DNA of 62,406 bases, the filler included, from Stramenopiles sp. TOSAG23-2 (taxonomy: Eukaryota): NCBI GenBank assembly GCA_900128395.1. It is 7 parts of 7 records of this genome, joined end to end, with 100 filler letters (N's around TTAATTAATTAA, not from the genome) between each part and the next. Parts side by side here need not be neighbours in the genome. Positions count along the whole stretch, not along the records: positions 1 to 27,015 come from LT649423.1; positions 27,116 to 54,091 come from LT649424.1; 5 more parts are not named here. One strand, 5' to 3'. Of the stretch, positions 23,501-35,071 are shown piece by piece. Under the pieces are notes generated by a model, which worked only from the letters and a program-made list of their open reading frames with translations, made no database searches and was not told where the DNA came from. Numbering within the stretch: the stretch's first letter is position 1; every line of letters begins with the position of its first letter. A program made the translations under genes and the position numbers.

Positions 23501-25429
23501 GCTTTGTTGGGATATGCTCGATATTCCTATTTTGATTTTTACTCTGCAGATCAAATCATGCTCAAAGCATGTCAAATTTTAAATGACAAAACGTTTAATC
23601 CTCAAAAAAGAACGGACGCATCTATTGACAAAATGGTCCGTCAATATGGAGAGTTTGACGATGCACCGACTGTTGTTGATGGTACATTTACCGATGCCGA
23701 TCGAACAAAAATGCTAGTTGCATTTGTTTTTTCTGAAGGCATAACTAGACCTCATACTATTCAACCTAAAGTCATGGAAGATTATGGCTTGACAGAAGAG
23801 GAAATTATTTCAAATGCCAAATGGTATAAGTATTATGCACTAGTAACATCGTACAAAAGTAATGATATTGATATTTGGTTCCGATGTCATGCGTATTGGC
23901 CACAAGTTAATAGTGGTCGACTTGTAAAAGAAGATCCGGATGGAGTTCGTAGGATTTACAGACGTCTGGGCGTATTATCCAAAGAAAAACGCTTGAAACC
24001 CCAACTACGATCATCGGCACTCTCTGCTCCGTACAATTGGTATGTCATGATTGCGCCAGAAAGTATTCCAGATGGACTAGAGCGATTACAGAGTGGTTTG
24101 GAATTGGTAGATGGAAATATAAAATACGCAATGGAACAAATTTGGCACTTGGGAGCTTTGCGATTCTCGTATTATTCTTTGGGTAATGTCAAAATGTATT
24201 TGCACTATGCAGATAGAATGGCGAAAGTAAAAACAGATTCTGAAGCTCTCGAAGACATGAAGGCGAATGGCTATTTTTTCGCAAGAATGTCATTGCTAGG
24301 ATCTAATGCATTGTTGGGTGATTTTGCACAAGTGAAAATAGAGTACGATAAATTGATGTCTATGGGTGATATTTTCCCAAACACTCGTTCAAAATATCCA
24401 CCTGAGTCGATGGCGATCATTTTCGCAAGGTATTACGCATATTCGCAACTACGGAGTGGTCAGTATGATATGGTAGAGCTACTCCTTGAAAAGATGTTTA
24501 GCAAAAAATGGGCTTATAGAGCTATTTTGCCTTTGAATCCACAATTTGAATTTAGTTTTTTTTGTGTGACCTATTCTGCTTTGTTGATGTATGAACATAA
24601 ATTGAAACAAGGTGAAGATGGCGGGTTTTATCGAAAAGCCATGAATATTATGCGAGGGTCACTTGAAATGTTTGGGAAAATGTCACCGGGTGTTTTTCGT
24701 TGCTCTGGAGCTGCCTTTGCTGCCAGGATATCTCTTGCTTTAGGTGATCGGCCAACTAAACCAATATTGGAAAAACTAGAAAAGACACTAGCGTATACAA
24801 TCGAACTAGGTTGTAAACCAATATGCGAACTATTTTTAAAAGGAGAGATAGGGCGTTGGAAAGGTGATGCTTCTCAAGTCTCTGAAGTTGCTGATAAATT
24901 CAAAACAATGGGGCATGTTGCATACCAAAACTTCTTTTCAGATATTGCGACATCTTTAAATATTGGTGACATGAAAGCTGTAGATTTGGAATATATTCCT
25001 GCCTCAACTGAAAAACAATTGACAAATGAAGAAAAACTCGCCGAGATAGAAAAATCTTTGGTCGAAATAAAAAAAGACATAACAGTGGCATCTAGCGAAG
25101 GCGACATGGAAGCTGTTAATGATGCACGGGCACGGGCAAAAGATTTAAAAAAGACAAGGAAGGAATTGAAAAAGAAAATAGAGGAGGCGAAACAGGGCAA
25201 AGCCCCTGCTGTTGACCAAGCTAAAATTGACGATTTGCGAGCAAAAATTGCTGACGCAAATACGCGCGTTTTGGCAGCATTTGACGATGATGATGATGAA
25301 GCGGAAGAAGCTGCAACAGCTGAAATGGCTGAATTAACGAAACAACTGAATGAGTTAACCGGTGGATCATCCATACCAAAGAAAAAATTGGAAGATGCAA
25401 AGAGTAAAGATGCTAATATAAATAAATAA
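20510..25429 (+). CDS. Soluble adenylyl cyclase (ADCY10)-like: tandem class III cyclase domains + STAND P-loop NTPase + helical repeats + coiled coil
   Basis: C1 SDISGFT and KIAGD; C2 EDKG and NMAARLM; FVGREKE; Walker A GLAGMGKS; Walker B FVFEDAHWID; GGIP motif. Confidence 0.9.
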   Translation: MAEKYAVELALPGNEANNNNNNNENMTFLLAKDAGLIPRSVRLEIAAKGALQDAPSKQLVEQALLLSDISGFTALGEKLTAEHGDAKGAEEFAHQMSEVISALVNVTHRYEGEVVKIAGDCLICTFAAIPSDPEDRGDEKAFERAKECSVEMLKVVKGTNPDLDLHGGLAGTAPLQRIHLKELRGSSPRSNSARQRMKKNDESTMSRAEFERSKQRWFLIAGRPIKIAAGLLDRAKPGTVKVFGGLTLTRETNTADILDEEEDANQTERRMSKRGSMIDTYTAELSTCPEIASSYLPPIVRAKGNSAQFENEKRRVVVVFLSLPGLAKESVTSKGVNEAHLNDVYSALRSILSKFEGQMRDFLFEDKGCTLIACFGITRITEVDALRAVLFALEASSACSSLSDPCKIGISMGQCFTGICGHPSRNDFVVMGPETNMAARLMGKAEIGKILVSERVYNATQNYIGYDMSNPIEVKGKDGTFRALCPYGRRAGAVRHKNQDELDKAVFVGREKEMTVLRAGLKSMLEEQKGGAFILEGLAGMGKSAIVWQLQREAINDNVRFLMGTGSAIEKQTPYFAFGQILTAAANLSTSPSYGEVLALKFNHQLEEDDINALGIMLPTLAKRDAAGTQLEHGRLEARAAQVCLKIFQSLENTIFVFEDAHWIDSQSWIMLQMVLPQLSTKSIVMIVTRPPNMISQQKAGGADQLLEENEGKIEDEWLEDDDRIKFSRILAALKENSAISYLELGTMGTDAMRELIAKTLEVDGSSVNDDFVNLMDQKAGGIPMYLSSMTNWLKERDMVQKKEDGSIFFTGDIKEIKFPSSIMDTVHERIDSLDDEAKVLIKVCSCYGFEFRQDSLQKVAPQFLSSKDESHLQKHLETLAARGLVVAVTGESVSKMMKFTHQIITECSHNLMLDSQRRQVHKAIVEEYESSTVKYEMDVLAFHWLRSGDVERGCDMLQNAALKALEIGAYKECVNSLSQAIAYGVKLDNSRVAYWTALLGYARYSYFDFYSADQIMLKACQILNDKTFNPQKRTDASIDKMVRQYGEFDDAPTVVDGTFTDADRTKMLVAFVFSEGITRPHTIQPKVMEDYGLTEEEIISNAKWYKYYALVTSYKSNDIDIWFRCHAYWPQVNSGRLVKEDPDGVRRIYRRLGVLSKEKRLKPQLRSSALSAPYNWYVMIAPESIPDGLERLQSGLELVDGNIKYAMEQIWHLGALRFSYYSLGNVKMYLHYADRMAKVKTDSEALEDMKANGYFFARMSLLGSNALLGDFAQVKIEYDKLMSMGDIFPNTRSKYPPESMAIIFARYYAYSQLRSGQYDMVELLLEKMFSKKWAYRAILPLNPQFEFSFFCVTYSALLMYEHKLKQGEDGGFYRKAMNIMRGSLEMFGKMSPGVFRCSGAAFAARISLALGDRPTKPILEKLEKTLAYTIELGCKPICELFLKGEIGRWKGDASQVSEVADKFKTMGHVAYQNFFSDIATSLNIGDMKAVDLEYIPASTEKQLTNEEKLAEIEKSLVEIKKDITVASSEGDMEAVNDARARAKDLKKTRKELKKKIEEAKQGKAPAVDQAKIDDLRAKIADANTRVLAAFDDDDDEAEEAATAEMAELTKQLNELTGGSSIPKKKLEDAKSKDANINK

Positions 25430-27015
25430 TTTTTAATTCATTTAACACTAATAACAATTGAAATGCGTATATTTTTCATCAAAGTTCACTAAAATCATCA
25501 TTTTCAACCTAAATTCTTATATTTCATCGTTATAATGATGGATTTTTCAGTTCATTACATGAAAACAAAGGAAAAACATTGAAAATACCTTTTTAAACTT
25601 AGGCTCCACTAGTATACCATTTTTCCTATCAATTGGCAAAATAATTTTGACATTTCACGTTTTCAGAAATTAGGGATAGCAGAATTTTAAGCATCAAATT
25701 TTTACATTAAAATTTATACTTAAATAAATTATTAATTTACCGAAATGTCTAAAACAAACTATAAAATTTATAAAAATCATTAAATTATAAAAATATCCAT
25801 TTTTTAAAACACAAAATACATGTAAAAATTACATCGTCATTTTAACAATTTCATCCTTTTCTTAAAATTATATATAAATACAATTAATATGAAATTATAC
25901 AAAATATCATATTATAGATGGAAATTCACTTTTTTACATAAATTGTAAATATCATTTTTGGATTATTGGGGCCTATCAAAATTTAGTATAATATTTTTAT
26001 ACTGCAAAGTGTAAGACAGAGCCGACACTACATGTGAAAATCACCTATCAAGTAGTGTTACAGCTATAGGGTTACGCGTTTTTTTCAACTTTTAACGGTT
26101 ATTCAAATATGAAATAAATACAAAAATATTAAGATACCTCGTATATTTATTACCAACCATATAGAAATTGATCGTGGGTACTTATTTTGCTAAATTTATA
26201 TGTGTATATATCCAATAAACTACCTTTTACAATTTTGAAATTTTGCATTTTTAGTCCAGCCTATGTCCATACTAATTTAAAAAAAAATCATCATTTTGAA
26301 AAAAATTCGTTACCTTGTCAGTTTCATTTAAAACATAATTAGATCAAAATATTCATGTACTTCTTTCGTTTAGACATGTGTTAAATAATTAGATCGAAAT
26401 ATTCATGTACTTCTTTCCTTTAGACATGTATTGAGAGATGTGTCTAAAAACGAATTCATTCGTAGAAGATTTAGATAGAAAAAATCGACACATTGTATTT
26501 TGGTGATATTTCTGATAATTTTTCAAGATTTTGATGATTTTTTGGTCTCTAACCCTAAACTAACCCGATCTTGAAAATCACATATCGATGTAAAGCTCGA
26601 CTTATATCCGGTGTATGGACAGGAGAACGGTCGGGGAATGTTCAGGGGATCAGTATACGACATTTAGGTATTGGTTTCAGCTTTGTATATAATGGAAAAG
26701 TGTAGAAATGGCATTCGTGTGAGTGTATGTTGGTGTTGAAAAATAGAGTGAGAGGTCCCGTCATGTACGGGTATGACCCCGCAGTGCTGAGTAGTGCTAG
26801 CATCTCTAACCCTAACGTAAATGATCAAAATGCACGATATTTTTAGTAAACAAGGTTCTACTTCTAAACTCCCCAGACCACGACCTACAGTCAATGAGTA
26901 TGTAATAAGTAACGGATATGCAACGTTTCAAAGTCTAATATGAATAACTTCAATGAAAGTTTTCAACCTTTCATGATTTTCACCATTCCATGCAAAAGTG
27001 CTCTAATACTAACTC

Positions 27016-27115
27016 NNNNNNNNNNNNNNNNNNNNNNNNNNNNNNNNNNNNNNNNNNNNTTAATTAATTAANNNNNNNNNNNNNNNNNNNNNNNNNNNNN
27101 NNNNNNNNNNNNNNN
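27016..27115. other. Artificial contig spacer
   Basis: 100 nt of N with central TTAATTAATTAA (stop codons in all six frames). Confidence 0.98.
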
Positions 27116-27485
27116 TTTGTTAGAGTACTTAAAACTATAGTATGGAGATTTTTTGTTATTTTCTATAGTAATGATAATTGTCCCTATGAAGTTTTTTTTA
27201 ATATATGGAAATAGCAGGTATAAAATTAGCATGGACAGAGCCCTTTCAACATTTTACTTGTAAAAATTGTGTTTTTCTGCCATGTTTTCTATTTTTCATT
27301 TCCTATCATATTTATACTTAATATCGTCCTTTTCATATACTCAATAGATTTGTAGTGTTTGATATATTTGATAGGCTATAATAGGTATTTTTTGTACTTG
27401 AGGGGCATGAAATTTGCTAGCATTAATAATTTACAATTGCTCTATATATAAAATTATAACATGTCCGAATGTTTTTGGTTTATTT

Positions 27486-30479
27486 TTAATTGGTAACTCC
27501 ACCCACCCCATTCCATAATAAATTAAAGAAAATCACTCCATTCAAAATCCAAGGAACGACATGTAAATCTAATGTTGGTCCTTTGGCAAAAACAACTTGA
27601 AACGAACAATCGTCACCGGCATATGCACCACTCCATGTCTCCCCCCATGTGCCATCAGTCGACCACCTTGAAAGTAGTCGGACTGTATCTTCGTCCCGCA
27701 TATTTCTCATCCATCTTGGAATACCCGTGCTTTCATCCCAATTTTTATGACCTTCAAACACAACAGTTCGATTGTATGGAGAGTACGTTTGATTACATAC
27801 ACATAAACCTTCCATACATAACCCATTAGGATAAGAGCAATTGTTTAAACATTGTTTGAATCGACAATCGTCCCCTATATAAGGTTCAATGCACATACAT
27901 CGACTAACGGGAAATTCCACGCTACACCAACCGTGACCACTGCATTGATTTGGACAATCGCGAACAGAACAATCATCAGTAATAAATGGTTGCATGCATT
28001 GACAGTTTCCATCACCATCACAAATACCATGTCGCTCACCAGGACTTGTTTTTGTACAAGGAGATTTTCTTGCATTTGGAACGTAGAAATCCCCATCCAT
28101 TCGTTCATAGGAAGAAGCCGCGCAGCAATGGGAACATATCTGCTCATGTGTATTTTCATCGTAATAACAAAAATCGCCAGGACAAGAAATATTCGAACAA
28201 TCGACACCATAATACCCATTGTCACATGTACAATATCCAAACCTGCAAACTCCCCTGCCAGTACAGTTATTTGGACAAGCATCTCTTTTCCAATGCCACA
28301 TATGATTTCTACGCTCAGTAAAATACGTATTTTTCAACGTTTTAACTTTGTAATCATCGTATCCAGCACCAGCAAATGTATATAGAGCACGATATTTCTC
28401 ATGATATTGCATGCCATAACCAGACAGTCCAAAGGGCATTTCATACAATAGTTGGTTCTTGAAGTTTGTTACGTCATCGATGCCATCTCCACCAACTGGA
28501 ATGTTATCTACAGTATATTTTCCATCATTTCTATCCCGGCATCCATCCCACCCAGGCTTACGTTTTCGTGGTTGATGAACAACAACATTTGGTATATGAT
28601 TATCCCAGTCGACATATGAATAAGTACCTGATTCCAAGTCAAAAATTTTTTGGAAACATTTAATGGTTGAGATTGAATCTTTATCAATCGGTGGTACATA
28701 CTGGCAATACGCACGCCCATATTTCCCATCAGTGTTATTATCCGAGCCAGGAACAGGAGTAACGGAAGTTGAGCGTGTAGGATCACCAAAGACTGATGTC
28801 CCCGAATCTTTATCTTCCGTACATGCATCTGGAAATTTTTCATGCACGTGGGTTTTTTTCTCCAACCAATAATTGGTAGTAGTATTGAATGTCCAAAAAT
28901 CTGACAAAAAATCATTTTGACGATAACCTCCAACTAAAATTAATATATTTGCAGCACCGACAATGGTATGCAAATGGCGACCAATCGGTACTGTTGGAGA
29001 GGTGACAACCTGTTCAGTCCACAAGCCGGTATCAACTTCGTACCTCCATACATCGTTTAAATAATAAGGCAACGTTGGATATGAAATAAATCCCCGACCG
29101 GAACTAAGACCTTTCGTTGCTTTTAAATAACCAGGCGAAGATGTTTCTGGATATGGTAAAACCACACGGTATCCACCAAACATCCAAACATAACAATTTG
29201 CTTCCCTGTAAGTATTATTACAATTAGTCGACGTCATCGCATTTCCTGCTCTACCAACCGGCCATTGCGATACCCGTGACTTCCTATTCCTATCATCCCA
29301 CGCAATTCCGGGGTTATCAATATACGTATATTCTTGAAATTTTCGTTCCCACAATGTTTTCACATTGGTCGTGCAGGCTGCATCCTCGCAAATTTCAAAA
29401 ATCCACAAATCATCCAGGTAACCACCATTCGGATTGCAAATATCCCAATTCTCCGGCGTGCAGTCGACATCATAAACTCCCCAATCATTTTCAATCCAAT
29501 TTTCAACTTGAAAACCATGCCACAACCTGTAACCTCCAAACATAACCCACCATCCACCAACATTAACATGTCCTTGCCGCCATCTTTGGTGGGGATGTGG
29601 ACTAACAGAATCGTATTCATCCATCTCGTTCCATCGTGGGAAATCACCAGTTTTTGTCTGTTCATGCCCGATGGTTTGATGGTCTCGTAACTTCTTCATA
29701 TGGCCATCAATAGGATCAATACCATACAAGTCAACGTCATATCCCCAAGGTAAAGGTGTCTGGCCTGGAACTACACCTATACCAGGAACGTAAACGTTTT
29801 GCTCATATCCTCTGTAGTCTGGAAGTTCAAATGTCCACATGTCAATACAGTAATCTTCACAAAACATCGCAAAACCACCATATACCCATAACTTGTTTAA
29901 GTGAACCGTTGCCATGTGCCCATAACGCTCTTGTGGAAATTGACATACTTCTATTTGGTTAACAATTATACAACCTCCATATAACGAACCTCTATCAAGT
30001 AATCTCCAACCTTCTGAATTACATGGTGTGTCATATTGTCGATCACATGCTAAATTGTAAGACCAGACATCATTGTAAATTTTACCAATTCTAACGGTAC
30101 CTACTTGCCGACAAGTACCACTTTTATTTTCTAAATGAGCAAAATATTCCTCAATATTTTCGTCAGCTTTTTCATCGCAACCTTCATTTACAGGCTTTTG
30201 AAAGTAACTTTTAACACTAAATACCCCCTTAACCTCGCCAACGTCATACGTCCTAGGTAAATGATATTTAAATTCATCATTTGACCGACCCCCAAAAAGT
30301 ATGAGCTGATCGTTCCAAATACTAAGACTATGACCTTCTCTTGGCCCTGGTACTCCCTCCGGTCCTGACGTTCCTTTTATATTAAACTTGCTCCAATCCT
30401 TCCATGCTACAATCAACGGTATTGAAACAAGGTTAAAACAAAAGGTGATAGTTAGAAATAACGCTGCTTTAAAAATCAT
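27486..30479 (-). CDS. Cell-surface Kelch-repeat + tenascin-type EGF-repeat protein
   Basis: Signal peptide, Kelch motifs (PGPREGHS, LILFGG, NDVW, GRHLHT), repeated CPNNCTGRGVC/CPNQCSGHGWC EGF units, and a hydrophobic C-terminus (TM or GPI signal). Confidence 0.9.
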   Translation of the reverse strand: MIFKAALFLTITFCFNLVSIPLIVAWKDWSKFNIKGTSGPEGVPGPREGHSLSIWNDQLILFGGRSNDEFKYHLPRTYDVGEVKGVFSVKSYFQKPVNEGCDEKADENIEEYFAHLENKSGTCRQVGTVRIGKIYNDVWSYNLACDRQYDTPCNSEGWRLLDRGSLYGGCIIVNQIEVCQFPQERYGHMATVHLNKLWVYGGFAMFCEDYCIDMWTFELPDYRGYEQNVYVPGIGVVPGQTPLPWGYDVDLYGIDPIDGHMKKLRDHQTIGHEQTKTGDFPRWNEMDEYDSVSPHPHQRWRQGHVNVGGWWVMFGGYRLWHGFQVENWIENDWGVYDVDCTPENWDICNPNGGYLDDLWIFEICEDAACTTNVKTLWERKFQEYTYIDNPGIAWDDRNRKSRVSQWPVGRAGNAMTSTNCNNTYREANCYVWMFGGYRVVLPYPETSSPGYLKATKGLSSGRGFISYPTLPYYLNDVWRYEVDTGLWTEQVVTSPTVPIGRHLHTIVGAANILILVGGYRQNDFLSDFWTFNTTTNYWLEKKTHVHEKFPDACTEDKDSGTSVFGDPTRSTSVTPVPGSDNNTDGKYGRAYCQYVPPIDKDSISTIKCFQKIFDLESGTYSYVDWDNHIPNVVVHQPRKRKPGWDGCRDRNDGKYTVDNIPVGGDGIDDVTNFKNQLLYEMPFGLSGYGMQYHEKYRALYTFAGAGYDDYKVKTLKNTYFTERRNHMWHWKRDACPNNCTGRGVCRFGYCTCDNGYYGVDCSNISCPGDFCYYDENTHEQICSHCCAASSYERMDGDFYVPNARKSPCTKTSPGERHGICDGDGNCQCMQPFITDDCSVRDCPNQCSGHGWCSVEFPVSRCMCIEPYIGDDCRFKQCLNNCSYPNGLCMEGLCVCNQTYSPYNRTVVFEGHKNWDESTGIPRWMRNMRDEDTVRLLSRWSTDGTWGETWSGAYAGDDCSFQVVFAKGPTLDLHVVPWILNGVIFFNLLWNGVGGVTN

Positions 30480-33018
30480 TATAACTCACTGTCGATATTA
30501 ATATTAATGTTTACGTATGCAATACTGCTAAAAATAATAATCCAACTCTAGTAATACTATTATTATTATTATTATTATTTATTATTACAACAACAAGGTT
30601 ATTATTATGTATTGATGTATTTATATTACTATTGTTCCTGTGGTATTATTATTATAAAATTGCTATTCAAAAAAAAAAAAAATACAACATAATAACAATG
30701 TGGCACAACAAACTGCTAAAAACTTAAACTGTTGGCAAACCCAGTAGGAACCCAGCAAACCAATCACAACACATTTTAGCTGGAAATCTCAGCTGGGAAT
30801 ACCGAATACTCTGTGCTCTGCACCTCTCCAGCTCTGCCAAATCATAAAAATTAGAGCTACTCTCCATAGCAGAAGAACATTGTACTATTAGACTACCACC
30901 AGGTGGTAGTAGATCTACGCCTACGTACGCACATTCTAGTTTCCGACTGGACGTGCACACGATGTCCACGAGAAAATTGCACCCCGATTTTCTATCAAAG
31001 TGCAAAAACTTTTTTTCCTTTTCATGGTTTTTATATTACAGTAAAAAATGATATAAAATAACACTACACACTATGAAAATAGCAAGCACCATTATAAGTC
31101 AACACTACACACTACAAATAAAACTACATACTATGGAAAAGTTATATCAAAATTTCACATGGATTGGAAAATGGATATTTTGTATCTCCTCTGTACATTA
31201 TTTTTGCAGTATTTACAAAGTATTGAAGAAACAAGAAATAAAATTTTCAGACAGTGATTTGTGCTAAAATGTCATATTTCATATTTTTATTAGTCCTATA
31301 TATTGAATATTATTTTCGATGTTTTTTTTATTTACAATTTGTAAAATAATTGGATTGAGATATATGTGTAATTAGAATATTGTTTAAGGGTGTGAAGTAC
31401 AAAGTACTTTCTGAAAATTTTATTTCTTGTTAAAAGTATTAAACCAGTAGATTTTAAATGCTGTTTATCCATTTTTGTTGTAGTTTATTTATAATTTTGG
31501 AAGTATTGTGGTTTATTTTAATTTATTCCAGCAAATATTTTGCTGTAACATACAAATAGCACAGAGGGATGATTGTTTTACCTATCAAAAATAAAAGATA
31601 ATTGGCAAAATAATTTACTGTGTTATTTTTTGATAAATCTCACTTTCAAATACCGGCACATTATTGAAATTTTTGTTCCTATATAATAAAACAACACATA
31701 ATGAAAACACACGATTGGATTTCGACTTACTATGGAAATAGCACTAAAATGCAGGTTTTTTCAGGGTCAAAAATGCAACAAATAGTAAGACTGAAGCCAA
31801 CTGGAGATATTGTATATATATAACAGTGTGTATATTCATTTTATATATAAATACATATTTTAACCTGCGTGCAGCTCAATCGAACATGTATAACTCAATT
31901 TTTGAGTGTCTTTTTCAATAAAAAATCAGCCTAAATCTCGCTGAAAATTAGCATGGCAGTACCATGGTGGTATTTAAGGCAAAACCAGTGTATTTGAATC
32001 ACCATCGATCGGGGTAACACATATACCACATCTATTCAAGCATCAAATTCACTATTCCTTTAACTTGATAACAGATTATATGTCCAATTGTCGATCTACC
32101 TGGCTTTGTAACAATGCGAAACATTTTACTATATTTATTTTCATCTTGGTTGACTATGTTTTTTCCATCCAATAGTATCTCCATGCTAGATTTCAGCCGT
32201 TTGAAAAATCCAAATCGGCAAAAATGGAATACATGTATTATCTCAGCAAATATATGTTGCAGAGTGGGATAAATGGCACAGGGTAGTTTAGAATTCATCA
32301 GCGCATCATAAAAGTGCTATCATCAGGAATATGTATAATGGGAAAGTGTATTTTTAGCATATTGGTAGTGTGAATTTAGTGATTACATATTCATTCAAAA
32401 GAGGAAAGGGTCACGTCATGTATACCTTGTACCATACGATTAGCACTGAAATACAGATATCTTACAACTTTTACAAAATGCGGAGAATTTGCCTATATAC
32501 ACCACCATGATAGAAAATGACTTTCTCATACTTCAATATTTGTCCGGATAGCTTTAAATCCTGTGCAATATTATTAAAAAAGATCGTGTTAATTTGTATT
32601 ACTTGAATTGAAGAAGAACTTACTTTTTCAGATCATTTTTTTAATATAGCAATATAACTGCTTTTTTGGTATAAACGCTTGAAAAAATGAACTGAAAAAA
32701 AAAAAATAAAAAAAAATTCTATGATACAAATATAGCTTTAAAAAATTAGTTATTTAAATCCAGTTGTCATATAAAATTTAATATCGTTCGTTTGAATAGT
32801 TTAAAAGGTATCGCACATAAAAGAAATTTGATCTATGTATAAGATAATGTATGTTTTTTAATATTTTGGTAAAATTTAATATCGTTCGTTTGAATAGTTT
32901 AAAAGGTATCGCACATAAAATTATTTTGATCTATGTATAAGATAATGTATGTTTTTTAATATTTTGGTAAAATGTACCTGTTTATATGTGTTGGTTTTTG
33001 ATGCTATTTTATGTCATA

Positions 33019-33052
33019 TTCTACCACAATTTTGATCAGAATTGTGGTAGAA
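33019..33052. repeat. Near-perfect 34-bp palindrome
   Basis: TTCTACCACAATT-TTGATCAG-AATTGTGGTAGAA. Confidence 0.9.
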
Positions 33053-33190
33053 CAGGGTTTTTTTACTGGAAATGTGATATAAGCCAGACTGGTTAAGGCA
33101 AATGAACCCCAGAAATTTTGCGGCAGAGAGAAACCCAAACTAATAAAACTATGCATACTCTGGGTACTCTGTATCCACAAGGGGTCCTGG

Positions 33191-33514
33191 ATGGAACATT
33201 TAAAATCAATATTAAATATGATTAAACAGACATGTTATAACGGTCATTATGGAGCATTGTTAATTGAAAGAGCTTATAACAATATTGCTAATAATGAAGA
33301 TAAAGATGATATGATACACTTTTTAACCACCGCATTTCTACCATTTATTAATGAGATAGATGTGGTGTATCGTAGTAGAATTGCAAGACATCTAATTCCA
33401 CACGTTTACCCTAATGCTTCTTACTTTGCGGCATGTTATTTAAAAAGGTGTGGAAAATGGAGCTATTGCCTGTATTGGCTGCAAAACCTATCAAGTATAG
33501 TAGTCTTTTTGTGA
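33191..33514 (+). CDS. Hypothetical protein
   Basis: 107-aa ATG ORF with protein-like composition in an AT-rich region. No motif recognised. Confidence 0.3.
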   Translation: MEHLKSILNMIKQTCYNGHYGALLIERAYNNIANNEDKDDMIHFLTTAFLPFINEIDVVYRSRIARHLIPHVYPNASYFAACYLKRCGKWSYCLYWLQNLSSIVVFL

Positions 33515-33965
33515 GAATTAACCTTAAGTCTTGGAGATACACCCCAAATGTATCTCCACCTTTCCATTAAGCCTACACAGCATTGACCGCCCAAAATATA
33601 TTACGTTTTGCCATTCATAAATTATTAAAACTGGACAATATATATACCACAAATAAATTGACAAAAGCGGATATTTAAATCATTTAGTGCTATTTAATGT
33701 ACCAAAATTGTCATTTTAGTCGTATATTTGATATATTTGGATATTATATATAAAAGGTAAAACAATAAAAATATTTGTAATGGAAATATATACCTTAATA
33801 TGTACAAAATTATGTATAATATTATTTATGTAGTGTATTGGTACAAATTATATAGATTAAATAGGTAAATTCAATATCAAGAAATTTATTGGATTTATAT
33901 GTATTTTATAAATTTTCTATATTTTCATAAAAAACGGAGATAGTTAGGAATATATTTATCACTTT

Positions 33966-34091
33966 GCTTTCCAGGCTTTCCAGGCTTTCCAGCTTTCCAG
34001 GCTTTCCAGGCTTTCCAGCTTTCCTGGCTTTCCAGCTTTCCAGCTTTCCAGGCTTTCCAGGCTTTCCAGCTTTCCAGCTTTCCTGGCTTTC
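33966..34091. repeat. Minisatellite of 8-9 nt units GCTTTCC(A/T)(G)
   Basis: About 14 tandem units of GCTTTCCAG/GCTTTCCA/GCTTTCCTG. Confidence 0.95.
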
Positions 34092-34396
34092 ATCCTCCAG
34101 TATGTTATATAGGCAAATGCTATTGACACTGCAATATAAATATCGTGCTCTGTAAATAAATGAATATATACACACACACACACAACATACACACACACTT
34201 ATATATATATATATAATAGCCACATCGAAACGTTTCTTATACGATGTCTCGGGCTGTTCAAGAACCCGATGCAGAGTTTGCTGTCGTTGAGCCAGAACCT
34301 CAAAAATTTATAATCGTCACAAGTAAAAGACATGCTGGAAGTAAAGCATGAGCTGAAACATATTTACATATAAATTATGAAGAAGGAATAAAAGAT

Positions 34397-35071
34397 ATGA
34401 AGTATATAGTCGATGTTAGTAAAGATGTTGTACCATGTTTGCTGAAGAAGCATACACATTTGGACACAGGCGCTGGAAGGAGGACAAAAATGCTTGAAAG
34501 TGATAGCACAATTAGTCCTACATTGGCAAAGGAAACATCTAAAATCTTCGTACAATACGCAACATATATGCATTTATCTTTAAAAGAAAAAACAAATGTT
34601 TTCGTAATTTGTTGTCAAAATGGTCGATCTCGTAGTCCAAATATATTGTTGGTGTATTTAATGATTTTTCATGGATACGACAGGGCTACAGCATCAAAAT
34701 GGTTAAAAGCCTTATTTCAGTCACAACGCCCGTATATTACATCGAAAAGTGGCAAATTTCCAAATTTTGACAAATTTTACAATGTTTTGGACGTAATTGA
34801 TAAGCAACTTAAAGAGAAAGCGCCAGATTTGTTGGAAGAAATCAAATATGTAACTACGCAATATTATTGTTCTTGCAAGGGTGGTATAAAAGGTATTAAA
34901 AGTGGAGAACAACTATTCAATGAATATGTAAAAGCATCCATCGAAAAGTCCTTTGAAAAATTTGCAGCATCGATAAATTTAAGAACACCAATACGACCGA
35001 TATATATTTTTTTTTTATATTTGACGCCTGCTACAACCATTGTTTTCACATTTTTTGTGTTGAAATATTGA
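34397..35071 (+). CDS. Dual-specificity phosphatase-like (CX5R) protein
   Basis: VFVICCQNGRSRSPNILLVYLM matches the PTP-loop VxVHCxxGxSRS..AYLM. The C-terminus is uncertain. Confidence 0.75.
   Translation: MKYIVDVSKDVVPCLLKKHTHLDTGAGRRTKMLESDSTISPTLAKETSKIFVQYATYMHLSLKEKTNVFVICCQNGRSRSPNILLVYLMIFHGYDRATASKWLKALFQSQRPYITSKSGKFPNFDKFYNVLDVIDKQLKEKAPDLLEEIKYVTTQYYCSCKGGIKGIKSGEQLFNEYVKASIEKSFEKFAASINLRTPIRPIYIFFLYLTPATTIVFTFFVLKY

Noticed and set aside
33966-34091. CRISPR-like array
   Set aside because: Units are contiguous 8-9-mers without spacers, the context is eukaryotic, and no cas genes are present.
33906-34223. ORFs with GKPGKLES/LESLES repeats
   Set aside because: They are translations of the GCTTTCCAG minisatellite and AT/CA microsatellites.
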